Part shown: in pieces, positions 21,966-31,245 of the stretch | Numbering within the stretch: the first letter of the stretch is position 1 | Layout of the letters: every line of letters begins with the position of its first letter | Assembly (NCBI GenBank): GCA_035493195.1 | Contig: DATJIM010000293.1 | Location: 1 to 47,798, forward strand | DNA length: 47,798 bases | Direction: 5' to 3' | From: Caldimonas sp. | Lineage (GTDB): Bacteria; Pseudomonadota; Gammaproteobacteria; Burkholderiales; Burkholderiaceae_C | Translations under genes and position numbers: made by a program | Notes under the pieces: generated by a model | The model's input: only the letters and a program-made list of their open reading frames with translations | Told to the model about the DNA's origin: nothing | The model's database searches: none

Positions 21966-24059
21966 ATGTCCGTCCCGCCGCCGCCTGCTCGCCCTGCCGG
22001 GCTCCTCGATCGCCTGAACAACGCGCAGCGACGCGCCGCCGGCTTCGGCATCGACGGCGGCGTGCCGGCAGCGCAGACGCCGCCGCTCCTCGTCGTGGCC
22101 GGTGCCGGCTCGGGCAAGACGATGACGCTCGCCGCGCGCGTCGCCCGCCTCGTCCTCGCCGGCGCCGACCCGAGCCGCTTGTTGCTGCTGACGTTCTCGC
22201 GCCGCGCCGCGCTCGAGATGGAGCGCCGCGTCGGCGGTGCGCTGCACGACACGCTCGGCCTCGCCGCGCTGCAGCGCGCGCCGCGACTGCCGTGGTGCGG
22301 CACGTTCCACAGCGTCGGCGCGCGGCTGCTGCGCAGCGTCGCCGCCGCCGTCGGCCTCGACCCCGCGTTCACCGTCGACGACCGCACCGACTCGGAAGAC
22401 CTGCTCCACCTCCTGCGCCAGCGGCTCGCGCTTGCGAGCGGTGCGCGCCGCTTTCCGCAGAAGGCGACTTGCGTCGCGATCTACTCGCGCACTGTCAATT
22501 CGCGCCGGCCGCTCGCCGCCGTTCTGGCCGACGCATTCCCCTGGTGCAGCGAGCACGCCGAAGCGCTCGGCCGGCTCTTCGCCGCATACGTCGACGAGAA
22601 GCAGAAGCAGCGCGTGCTCGACTTCGACGACCTCCTGCTCTGGTGGGCCGAGGCGATGGCGACGCCTGCCGCCGGCGCCGCGATCCGCGCGCGCTTCGAC
22701 CACGTCCTCGTCGACGAGTACCAGGACACCAACCGCATCCAGGCCGAGATCGTGCGCGCGCTCCGTCCCGACGGCCGCGGCCTCACCGTCGTCGGCGACG
22801 ATGCGCAGTCGATCTATTCGTTTCGTGCCGCCGAGGTGCGCAACATCCTGGACTTCGCCGCGCAGTTCGATCCTCCCGCAACGGTGCTCGCGCTCGAGCA
22901 GAACTACCGTTCGACGGCGCCGCTCCTCGCGGCGTCGAACGCGGTGATCGCGCTCGCCGCCGAGCGCCACGCCAAGGAGCTCTGGAGCGACGTCCGGTCC
23001 GGTGAGCGCCCGGCGCTCGTCTGGGTCGACGACGAAGCCGCCGAGGCGGCGTGGGTCGCCGAGCGCGTCCTCGCGCTGCGCGAGTCGGGCCTCGCTCTGA
23101 AGAGCCAGGCGGTGCTTTTTCGCAGCAGCCAGCACAGCAGCGCGCTCGAGCTCGAGCTGGCACGGCGCGACATCCCGTTCGTCAAGTACGGCGGCCTGCG
23201 CTTCCTCGACGCCGCGCACATCAAGGACATCCTCGCCGTGCTGCGTTTCGCCGCCAACCCGCACGGCGAGCGCGCCGGCTTGCGCGCACTGCAGCTCGTG
23301 CCCGGGATCGGGCCGGCGACGGCCGAGCGCGTGCTGGCGGCGATTGCCGCCGGCGGCGACCCCGTCGAGCGGCTGCGCGATGTCGCGGTGCCGGCGGCGC
23401 TCGCGCCTGCATGGCACGACTTCGTCGCGCTCTACGCCGCGTTGCGCGCCGCGCGCTCGCCGTGGCCGGGTGAGCTCGTCGCGGTCGAACGCTGGTACCG
23501 GCCGCTCCTCGAGCGGTTGCACGACGACGCCGCGCCGCGCGCCGACGTCGTCGCGCACCTCGTCCGTCTCGCCGGCGGCTATCCGTCGCGCGAACGCTTC
23601 CTCACCGAGCTCGCGCTCGATCCACCGGCGGCGACGAGCGACGACGCCGCATCGCCTGGCCTCGATGAGGACTACCTGATCCTGTCGACGATCCACTCGG
23701 CGAAAGGGCAGGAGTGGAGCGCAGTGTCGCTGCTGCGCGTCGTCGACGGCTGCGTGCCGTCGGACATGGCGACGGGAAGCGACGTCGAGATCGAGGAGGA
23801 GCGTCGGCTCCTGTACGTCGCGATGACGCGCGCGCGCCATCACCTCCATCTGCTCGTGCCGCAGCGCTTCTACGTCTCGCAGCAGACCGCGTTCGGCGAT
23901 CGCCACGTCTATGGTGCGGTCAGCCGCTTCCTGCCGCCTTCGCTGCACGGCCTCTTCGACCACGTCGCGCCGACCGCCGGCGGCGCGGTCGGAGAGGCCT
24001 CGCCGCCGCCGCACGCGTCCGTCGACGTTGGTGCGCGCGTGCGCTCGCTGTGGGCCTGA
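21966..24059 (+). CDS. ATP-dependent DNA helicase, UvrD/REP (SF1A) family
   Basis: AGAGSGKT, LTFSRRAA, GTFHS, DEYQD, VGDDAQSIYSFR, LEQNYRS, TIHSAKG.EW, EERRLLYVAMTRA; start placed downstream of the SOS box. Confidence 0.93.
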   Translation: MSVPPPPARPAGLLDRLNNAQRRAAGFGIDGGVPAAQTPPLLVVAGAGSGKTMTLAARVARLVLAGADPSRLLLLTFSRRAALEMERRVGGALHDTLGLAALQRAPRLPWCGTFHSVGARLLRSVAAAVGLDPAFTVDDRTDSEDLLHLLRQRLALASGARRFPQKATCVAIYSRTVNSRRPLAAVLADAFPWCSEHAEALGRLFAAYVDEKQKQRVLDFDDLLLWWAEAMATPAAGAAIRARFDHVLVDEYQDTNRIQAEIVRALRPDGRGLTVVGDDAQSIYSFRAAEVRNILDFAAQFDPPATVLALEQNYRSTAPLLAASNAVIALAAERHAKELWSDVRSGERPALVWVDDEAAEAAWVAERVLALRESGLALKSQAVLFRSSQHSSALELELARRDIPFVKYGGLRFLDAAHIKDILAVLRFAANPHGERAGLRALQLVPGIGPATAERVLAAIAAGGDPVERLRDVAVPAALAPAWHDFVALYAALRAARSPWPGELVAVERWYRPLLERLHDDAAPRADVVAHLVRLAGGYPSRERFLTELALDPPAATSDDAASPGLDEDYLILSTIHSAKGQEWSAVSLLRVVDGCVPSDMATGSDVEIEEERRLLYVAMTRARHHLHLLVPQRFYVSQQTAFGDRHVYGAVSRFLPPSLHGLFDHVAPTAGGAVGEASPPPHASVDVGARVRSLWA

Positions 24060-24161
24060 GCGCGCGGCTCGGCGCGCAAACGAGAAGGCGGCAGCGCAGG
24101 TCGCCCCACGCTGCCGCCGATGAACGCGCCGACGCCGTTTCGCGTCGGCGCGACCCTGCAG

Positions 24162-24347
24162 TCAGATCTTGTCGATCGCGTCCTTGACCTTTTCCTTGGC
24201 GTCGCCGACCTTCGACTGCACCTTGCCGGCGGCCTTGTCGGCCGTGCCCTCGTCGCGCAGGTTCGGGTTGCCCATCGCCTCGCCCGTTTTTTCCTTGACG
24301 TTGCCCTTGGCCTCTTCCATCCGGCCCTTGACCTGGTCCTTGTTCAT
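24162..24347 (-). CDS. CsbD family general stress protein
   Basis: MNKDQVKG...KGNVKE..G...G...L..EG..DK..GKVQ..VGDAK. Confidence 0.92.
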   Translation of the reverse strand: MNKDQVKGRMEEAKGNVKEKTGEAMGNPNLRDEGTADKAAGKVQSKVGDAKEKVKDAIDKI

Positions 24348-24493
24348 GTCTGTACCTTTCTCTTCAGTGGGACGCGGGCGGTCGCCGAAACGGCTGCCCG
24401 TTGCGGCACTCTGGGGCAATCGCCGCCTGGTTGGTGTCGGCACCGACTGTCGCGCGGCGTAGGAAAGCGTCGCTCTCCGGCGCAGGCAGCGCC

Positions 24494-24736
24494 CTAATCG
24501 CCTTGCTTCGGCTCGGCCTTGACGGCGCCACGCACGTTGAGCGCGGCCAGGCAGAGCTGCAGGACGACGAGCGCCCACGCGCTCGTGTACCAGCCCCAGG
24601 CGATCCAGAGCCCATTGCTGACGAGGAACGCCCAGAAGCCGATCTCGCGTCGGCGCTTGTGCGTCGATGCGACGAACCACGCCGCCCAGACGGTCACCGC
24701 CATCGCCGGCCATTGGACGAGATCGAGCCAGTCCAT
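24494..24736 (-). CDS. Small membrane protein (3 TM), unknown function
   Basis: QWPAM..TV.AAW.VAS....RR..GFW.FL.SN.LW..WG pattern; typical codon bias. Confidence 0.7.
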   Translation of the reverse strand: MDWLDLVQWPAMAVTVWAAWFVASTHKRRREIGFWAFLVSNGLWIAWGWYTSAWALVVLQLCLAALNVRGAVKAEPKQGD

Positions 24737-24824
24737 CGTGCTCAGCGGAGCTTCACCGTTGTCGGCGCGGCGGCGCCGACGCTACAGTTTCCATCCCACC
24801 TCGACTTCGAAGCGCGTCATCGAC

Positions 24825-26075
24825 ATGCAGCATCTCGCCTCGTCGCCCCTGGCGCGTCTCTCGCTTCTCGTCGTCCTCGTCGCCGGCTGCGCGACACCGC
24901 CTCCCGAGCAGCCGCGTTCGGCCGAGCAGCCGCAGGCCCCCGCGCCGGCGCCCGTCGCCAGGCCGGCGCCGCCGCCGCTCGTCGCTGCGCCGTTCACCGA
25001 CGCCGTCGCGCGCGCCGGCGATCGGCTGCTGCAGGACGCGGCGGCGGCGCTCGGCAGCGGTGCGCGCGAGCTCGTCGTCGATCCATTCGTCGACGCCAAC
25101 ACCGGTCAGCAGACCAACGCCACCGTCCAGATGGGCGCCCAGCTCGCCGGACTCATCACCCGCCGCGTGCCGACCTGGAACGTGCAGGCGCTGACGCGCG
25201 CCGCGCTGGCGGCCAAGCCGCTGCTCCTGATCGGCACGCTGACGCCGATCAACAGCAAGGCGGCGAGAGACGAGAACGCCGACGCGTTTCGGGTCTGCCT
25301 CGCCCTCATCGATGTGCGCACCAGCAAGATCGTCGCCAGGCGCGTCGACCGCGCGACGCTCGCGAGCGTCGACGCCGAGCCGATCGCGCTCTTTCGCGAG
25401 GCGCCGACGTGGGCGCTCGACGCCACCGCCGAGGCCTACATCAAGAGCTGCGACGGCAGCAATCCGGGCGATCCGGTGGCGCCGCTCTACCTGAAGCGGC
25501 TGCCGGCGGCGGCGCTCGTCAACGAAGCGACGCTCGCGTTCACCGACAACAAGATGGCCGACGCGTATCGGCTCTATCGCGAGGCTCGCTCGCTCGCCGC
25601 GCCCGACGATCTTCGCGTCCTGAACGGGATCTACACGACGAGCTGGAAGAGCGGCCGCAGGAAGGAAGCCGGCGAAACGTTCGGCAAGATCATTGACATC
25701 GGCCTCGCCAACCGACGGCTGCCGATCAAGCTCTTCTTCAACCCGGGGACGACGACGCTCATGCAGTCGGCCGACCTGCAAGCGCAGTACACCCTCTGGC
25801 TGCAGGAGGTCGCGAGCCACGTCGCGGCGAGCGACGCGTGCGTGAAGGTCATCGGCCACACCAGCCGCACCGGCGATCCGCAGGCCAACGAAGTGCTTTC
25901 GCAGAAGCGCGCGTCGGTGATCAAGCAGAGCCTCGAGCGGCAGAACCGCAAGCTCGCGACGCGCGTCAGCGCCGAAGGCGTCGGCGCCCGCGAGATCATC
26001 GTCGGGCTCGGCACCGACGACGCCCGCGACGCGCTCGACCGTCGCGTCGAGTTCCGCAGGGTCGACTGCCGCTGA
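24825..26075 (+). CDS. Lipoprotein with C-terminal OmpA-like peptidoglycan-binding domain
   Basis: Lipobox LVAG-C, Pro-rich linker; GHTS..G....N..LS.KRA..I...L...GVG......RRVEF. Confidence 0.85.
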   Translation: MQHLASSPLARLSLLVVLVAGCATPPPEQPRSAEQPQAPAPAPVARPAPPPLVAAPFTDAVARAGDRLLQDAAAALGSGARELVVDPFVDANTGQQTNATVQMGAQLAGLITRRVPTWNVQALTRAALAAKPLLLIGTLTPINSKAARDENADAFRVCLALIDVRTSKIVARRVDRATLASVDAEPIALFREAPTWALDATAEAYIKSCDGSNPGDPVAPLYLKRLPAAALVNEATLAFTDNKMADAYRLYREARSLAAPDDLRVLNGIYTTSWKSGRRKEAGETFGKIIDIGLANRRLPIKLFFNPGTTTLMQSADLQAQYTLWLQEVASHVAASDACVKVIGHTSRTGDPQANEVLSQKRASVIKQSLERQNRKLATRVSAEGVGAREIIVGLGTDDARDALDRRVEFRRVDCR

Positions 26076-26096
26076 GCGGCCGCTCGGCATGCGCGG

Positions 26097-27317
26097 CTAG
26101 CGCTGCGCTGCGGCGGCGGCCTTGACCGCGCTGCCGTTGGTTCGGATCGGCCGCGCCGCTTCGTGCAGCGTGCCGAAACGCCGCGCCGGCTCGCGTTGCG
26201 CGACGAGCTGCAGCAGCAGCCGCGTCGTCGCGTCGACGCTCTGGTCGAGGCGCATCCGGTCGACCGCGCGCGCGCGCGCCGCGGCGCCCGCGGCGCTGCG
26301 CAGCGCGTCGTCGTCGAGCAGCTCGACGACGCGGGTGGCGAGCGTCTCGACGTCGCCAGCGTCGACGAGCCACCCGGTGACGCCGTGGGCGACGAGGTCC
26401 GGGATCCCGCCGACCTTGCAGGCGACGACGGGGACTCCGCTCGCCATCGCTTCCATCACCGCAAGCGGCATCGCCTCCGAGTGCGACGACGAGACGACGA
26501 CGTCGAGCTCGTTGAGGACCGCGGGCATGTCGCTCTGGTTGCCGGCGAAATGCACTGCGTCGGCGAGGCCGAACCGTTTCGCGAACGTCTGCAGCTGCTT
26601 CAGCATCGCGCCGTCGCCGACGAGGACGAACTCGGCGCTCGGCACCTGCGCGCGGACCGAGAGCGCCATGCGCAGGAAGAGGTCGGGCCCCTTCTCGGTG
26701 GACAGCCTGCCGATGAAGCCGACCAGCGGCGTTTGCGCGGCGATGCCGAACTTCGTCCGCAGCGCGCCGTCGCGGACTCGCTGCGGCCGGAAGCGCTCGG
26801 TGTCGACGCCGTTCGGCAGGTAGTGGACGTGGCGCGGGTCGATGCCGATGCCGAGCGCCTGGAAGTAGCTGTGCCGGCAGACGACCGCGAGCTGCGTGCC
26901 GGCGAGCTTGTGCACCTCGAGATCGAGCGTCGTCAACGCGCGGCCGTGCACGGTGGCGAGCACCGGACGTCCGCTGAGGCGCCCGGCGAGCGCGGCGAGG
27001 ACGTGCGCGTTCGGCAGGTGCGACTGGATGACGTCGATCGAGCGCGACTGGATCAGCGCGCTCGCGAGCTGGATCGACTGCCACGACGGCTCGTCGGTCA
27101 CCGGCGTGATGAAGACATCGGCGCCGACGTTGCGCAGCTGGTCGGTGAACGGGCTTTCGAACGGCGCCAGCACCGAGACGCCGAAGCGATCGCGCGGCAG
27201 CCGCTCGACGAGACGAACGACGTAGTTCTCCATGCCGCCGACGATCGCGTTGCCGACGATCTGGAGGATGTTGGTCCGGGAAGAGGCGGTCACCGGGACG
27301 GCCGAGTCGTGGTTCAT
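26097..27317 (-). CDS. Glycosyltransferase family 4
   Basis: GGMENYV, PNGVD..RF, GRLS.EKG, SS.SEAMPLAVMEAMASG.PVV, GGIP. Confidence 0.9.
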   Translation of the reverse strand: MNHDSAVPVTASSRTNILQIVGNAIVGGMENYVVRLVERLPRDRFGVSVLAPFESPFTDQLRNVGADVFITPVTDEPSWQSIQLASALIQSRSIDVIQSHLPNAHVLAALAGRLSGRPVLATVHGRALTTLDLEVHKLAGTQLAVVCRHSYFQALGIGIDPRHVHYLPNGVDTERFRPQRVRDGALRTKFGIAAQTPLVGFIGRLSTEKGPDLFLRMALSVRAQVPSAEFVLVGDGAMLKQLQTFAKRFGLADAVHFAGNQSDMPAVLNELDVVVSSSHSEAMPLAVMEAMASGVPVVACKVGGIPDLVAHGVTGWLVDAGDVETLATRVVELLDDDALRSAAGAAARARAVDRMRLDQSVDATTRLLLQLVAQREPARRFGTLHEAARPIRTNGSAVKAAAAAQR

Positions 27318-27324
27318 GGCAAGG

Positions 27325-28215
27325 TCAGCAGCAGACGTCGCGCAGTCGAAGAGGTGGTCCGGCGTCGGCGACCGCGGGCGTCGTCGCGAGGTGAGAGGAA
27401 GCGTCGGTGAGCGCGCCGCCGAGCCAGGCGGCGGCGGTGCCGCCCCAGATGCGCTCGCGCGCATCGGCGGCGACGTCGAGCTCGTCGAGCAAGGCGTGCA
27501 CCCAGCCCATGCGCTCGGCGATCTCGGCGCCGCTGCACGGCAGGAAGCAGTCGCTGCCGAACTGCAACAGCTCGGCGCCGAGCACCTCGAGCGCGCGGCC
27601 GAGCGCTTCCTTGCGGTAGGGCGGCGGTGGGCCGAACGAGATGTCGAAGCGAAACATCGAGGCATCGGCGGGGACGCCCAGGATGCGGTCGATCAGGCCG
27701 ACCGCGATCGCTTCGTCGACCCACGGCCAGCCGAGATGCGCGAGGCATACCTTGAGCCCCGGATGGTCGCGCAGCGCCTCGAAGTACGTCGGCCGGCAGA
27801 AGCGTCCCGAGCGACCGTCGATGAAGATGCCGCTGTGAAAGAGGAGCGGGATGCCGAGGCGTCTCGCCTCGGCGAACACCGGCTGGACGTCGGCGTCGTG
27901 CGGATACCAGCCGGTCGGCACCATCTTCGCGCCCGACAGGCCGAGCGTCTCGATCGCGTGGCGAAGGTGAAGCGGCGCGGCGCGGTCGCGTGGGTCGACG
28001 ACCGCGAAGCCGACGAGGCGGTCGCGGTGGCCGCGCACGAGGCGCGCGAGGTGCTCGTTGCCGCGCCTGAGCGATTGCGCGTCGTCGAGCGAGAAGCCGG
28101 GGCTCAGGAACGGCGCGAGCAGCACGCCCACGTCGACGCCAGCGTCGTCGAGCGAGCGCAGGACGTCGTCGGCGCGCTCGGCGCCGCTGCAGTGGAGGTG
28201 GGCATCGACGATCAC
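27325..28215 (-). CDS. Amidohydrolase family protein (Amidohydro_2)
   Basis: DAHLH, G.KM.P, LFHSG, LAHLG.PW, FGSD metal-site motifs. Confidence 0.85.
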   Translation of the reverse strand: MIVDAHLHCSGAERADDVLRSLDDAGVDVGVLLAPFLSPGFSLDDAQSLRRGNEHLARLVRGHRDRLVGFAVVDPRDRAAPLHLRHAIETLGLSGAKMVPTGWYPHDADVQPVFAEARRLGIPLLFHSGIFIDGRSGRFCRPTYFEALRDHPGLKVCLAHLGWPWVDEAIAVGLIDRILGVPADASMFRFDISFGPPPPYRKEALGRALEVLGAELLQFGSDCFLPCSGAEIAERMGWVHALLDELDVAADARERIWGGTAAAWLGGALTDASSHLATTPAVADAGPPLRLRDVCC

Positions 28216-28451
28216 GGCCGGATGCCGGCGCTGCCGGCGGCCACGATCGGGATCGATTTCAGGGTGCGGGGCCGCGCCGCTCGCCGCTCACGGCCCGCCG
28301 GGTGCGCCTGCTCTTGCTGTGCAATCAAGTCGAGAGGCCGCGCGGCGCTCCTTCGGGAATGGCGACGCAGGCGCGGGCTTGGTTGTGACGCAGTGGCCGA
28401 AGCCGGACAGACGTCGGCAAATCGTGTGCCGCTTCGGGTAAGGTCGCGCGC

Positions 28452-29492
28452 ATGCGCTTTTCGCTCGTCGCGACGCTGCCGCGACCGCTGCGTCCCGTGC
28501 TCGCGGCGACCCTCGTCGCCATCCTCTGCGGCTGTGCATCGGGGCCGCGGGCGCCGCAGCGCGCGCCGGTCGACGGTGGCGGCGACCGCGACGGCCCGGG
28601 CGCCAATCCGCCGACCGACCTCGCGGGCCGTGCCGACGCCGAGCCGCGCGTCGAAGCCGTTCGCGTGGGCGGCGCCAACAAGCCGTACCAGGTGCAAGGC
28701 AAGACCTACGTTCCCGAAACCCGCGACGTGCCGTTTCGCGAGCGCGGCCTGGCGTCGTGGTACGGCCGCAAGTTCCACGGCAAGATGACATCGAGCGGCG
28801 AGCCGTACGATATGTACGCGATGACGGCTGCGCACCCGACGCTGCCGATCCCGAGCTACGCGCGCATCCGCAACCCGGCGAACGGCCGCGAGGTGATCGT
28901 TCGCATCAACGACCGCGGTCCGTTCGTTTCCGGCCGCATCGTCGACCTCAGCTACACCGCGGCACTCAAGCTCGACCTCCTGCGCGGAGTCGGGCCAGTC
29001 GAGCTCGAGCGGATCACCTTCGACGACATCCGCACCGGCGCGTGGCGCGGCAACCGGGCCCCGCGCAGCGACGTCGATCCGTCGGTGCAGCTCGCCGCGG
29101 CGCCGTCGACTGCCGCGACGCCGGCAGCGCCGGCGCCGGTCGTCGCCGCAGCGGCGACTGTCGTTCTGCAGCCGACATCGCCAGCGACGGCCGCAACGGT
29201 GCCGACGCAGGATGTCGCGCTCGTCGCTGCGAGCCCTGCGGCCGTCGACGCCGGGCGCTTCTGGGTCCAGCTCGGCGCGTTTCGCGCGCGCGACGGCGCG
29301 GAGACGTTTCGCAGCCAGCTCGGCAGCGACGCAGTCGCACGCTGGCTCGAGCCGCTGCTCGTGATCGTCGGCGAGAGCGCGCCGTACCGCGTCCAGGCGG
29401 GCCCGTACCGCAGCCGCGACGAGGCCGACGAAGCGGCGCAGCGTGCGCGCTCGGCGCTCGCGATCGTTCCGGTCGTCGTCGAGCGGCGATGA
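28452..29492 (+). CDS. rlpA: Septal ring lytic transglycosylase RlpA with SPOR domain
   Basis: Lipobox LCG-C; GLASWYG.KFHG..TSSGE.YDM..MTAAH.TLP, RINDRGPF...RI.DLS; SPOR VQLGAF...YRVQAGP. Confidence 0.93.
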   Translation: MRFSLVATLPRPLRPVLAATLVAILCGCASGPRAPQRAPVDGGGDRDGPGANPPTDLAGRADAEPRVEAVRVGGANKPYQVQGKTYVPETRDVPFRERGLASWYGRKFHGKMTSSGEPYDMYAMTAAHPTLPIPSYARIRNPANGREVIVRINDRGPFVSGRIVDLSYTAALKLDLLRGVGPVELERITFDDIRTGAWRGNRAPRSDVDPSVQLAAAPSTAATPAAPAPVVAAAATVVLQPTSPATAATVPTQDVALVAASPAAVDAGRFWVQLGAFRARDGAETFRSQLGSDAVARWLEPLLVIVGESAPYRVQAGPYRSRDEADEAAQRARSALAIVPVVVERR

Positions 29493-30085
29493 CGGCGGCA
29501 ACGCGCGATGCCGCGGCAGGGCCGCGCCAGGCGATCGTCTTCACCGGCCACATGGTCGACGCTCCCGATCGACCGGTGCCGCGCTTCCCGTCCCGCCTCG
29601 TCGCTGCCGCGGCGCGCGCGATCGACGGCGCGCTCGCGTCGATCGACGCCGGCGCCAACGACGTCGCCTTCACCGAGGGAGCGGCGGGCGGGGACCTCCT
29701 CTTCGCCGAGGCGTGTCTCGCCCGCGGCGTGCCGCTCACGCTCCTGTTGCCGCTCGCCGAGGACGAGTTCGTCGACCGCTCTCTCCTGGCCGTCAGCGAC
29801 GGCGCAGCCTGGCTCGCGCGTTATCGCGCCGTCGTCGCGCGCCTCGCCGTCGCGCCCAGCGAAGCGCCGCGCGAGCTCGGCGCGCTCGCTGCCGGCGACG
29901 ACCCGTTCGTTCGCGGCAACCTGTGGCTGCTCGCGCGAGCGCTCGCCGCGAACGCCGAGCGGCTGTGCTGCATCTGCTTATGGGACGGCGGCGGCGGCGA
30001 CGGCCCGGGCGGCACGCGCCATCTCGTCGAGGCGGTGCGCGCCGCCGGCGGCGACGTGATCCGCATCGATACCCACGCGCTCTGA
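29489..30085 (+). CDS. Stand-alone SLOG-superfamily (YpsA-like) protein
   Basis: ATGA overlap with rlpA; FTGHMVD...RFP, GAAGGDLLFAE, LLLP, R.N.W.L, LWDG..GDGPGGT...V match the YpsA/SLOG motif order. Confidence 0.65.
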   Translation: MTAATRDAAAGPRQAIVFTGHMVDAPDRPVPRFPSRLVAAAARAIDGALASIDAGANDVAFTEGAAGGDLLFAEACLARGVPLTLLLPLAEDEFVDRSLLAVSDGAAWLARYRAVVARLAVAPSEAPRELGALAAGDDPFVRGNLWLLARALAANAERLCCICLWDGGGGDGPGGTRHLVEAVRAAGGDVIRIDTHAL

Positions 30086-30228
30086 CGCTTTCACCATTCG
30101 AAGGGATGTCGCGCGGTGGGTGCGGATGCTGCAATCGCCGGCCGGCGCGCGCTTGCCTCGGCCGCCCGCGCCAACGATGATCGGCCCCGTCGCACGCAGA
30201 CGACGAACCAACTTCACGGAGAGAGAGC

Positions 30229-31182
<954 letters not shown>

Positions 31183-31245
31183 GCGAGCGCGCGATCGGGC
31201 GTGCCGGCCGGCTCGTCGGCGCGCGATCGCGGCCCGGGAGCGTCC

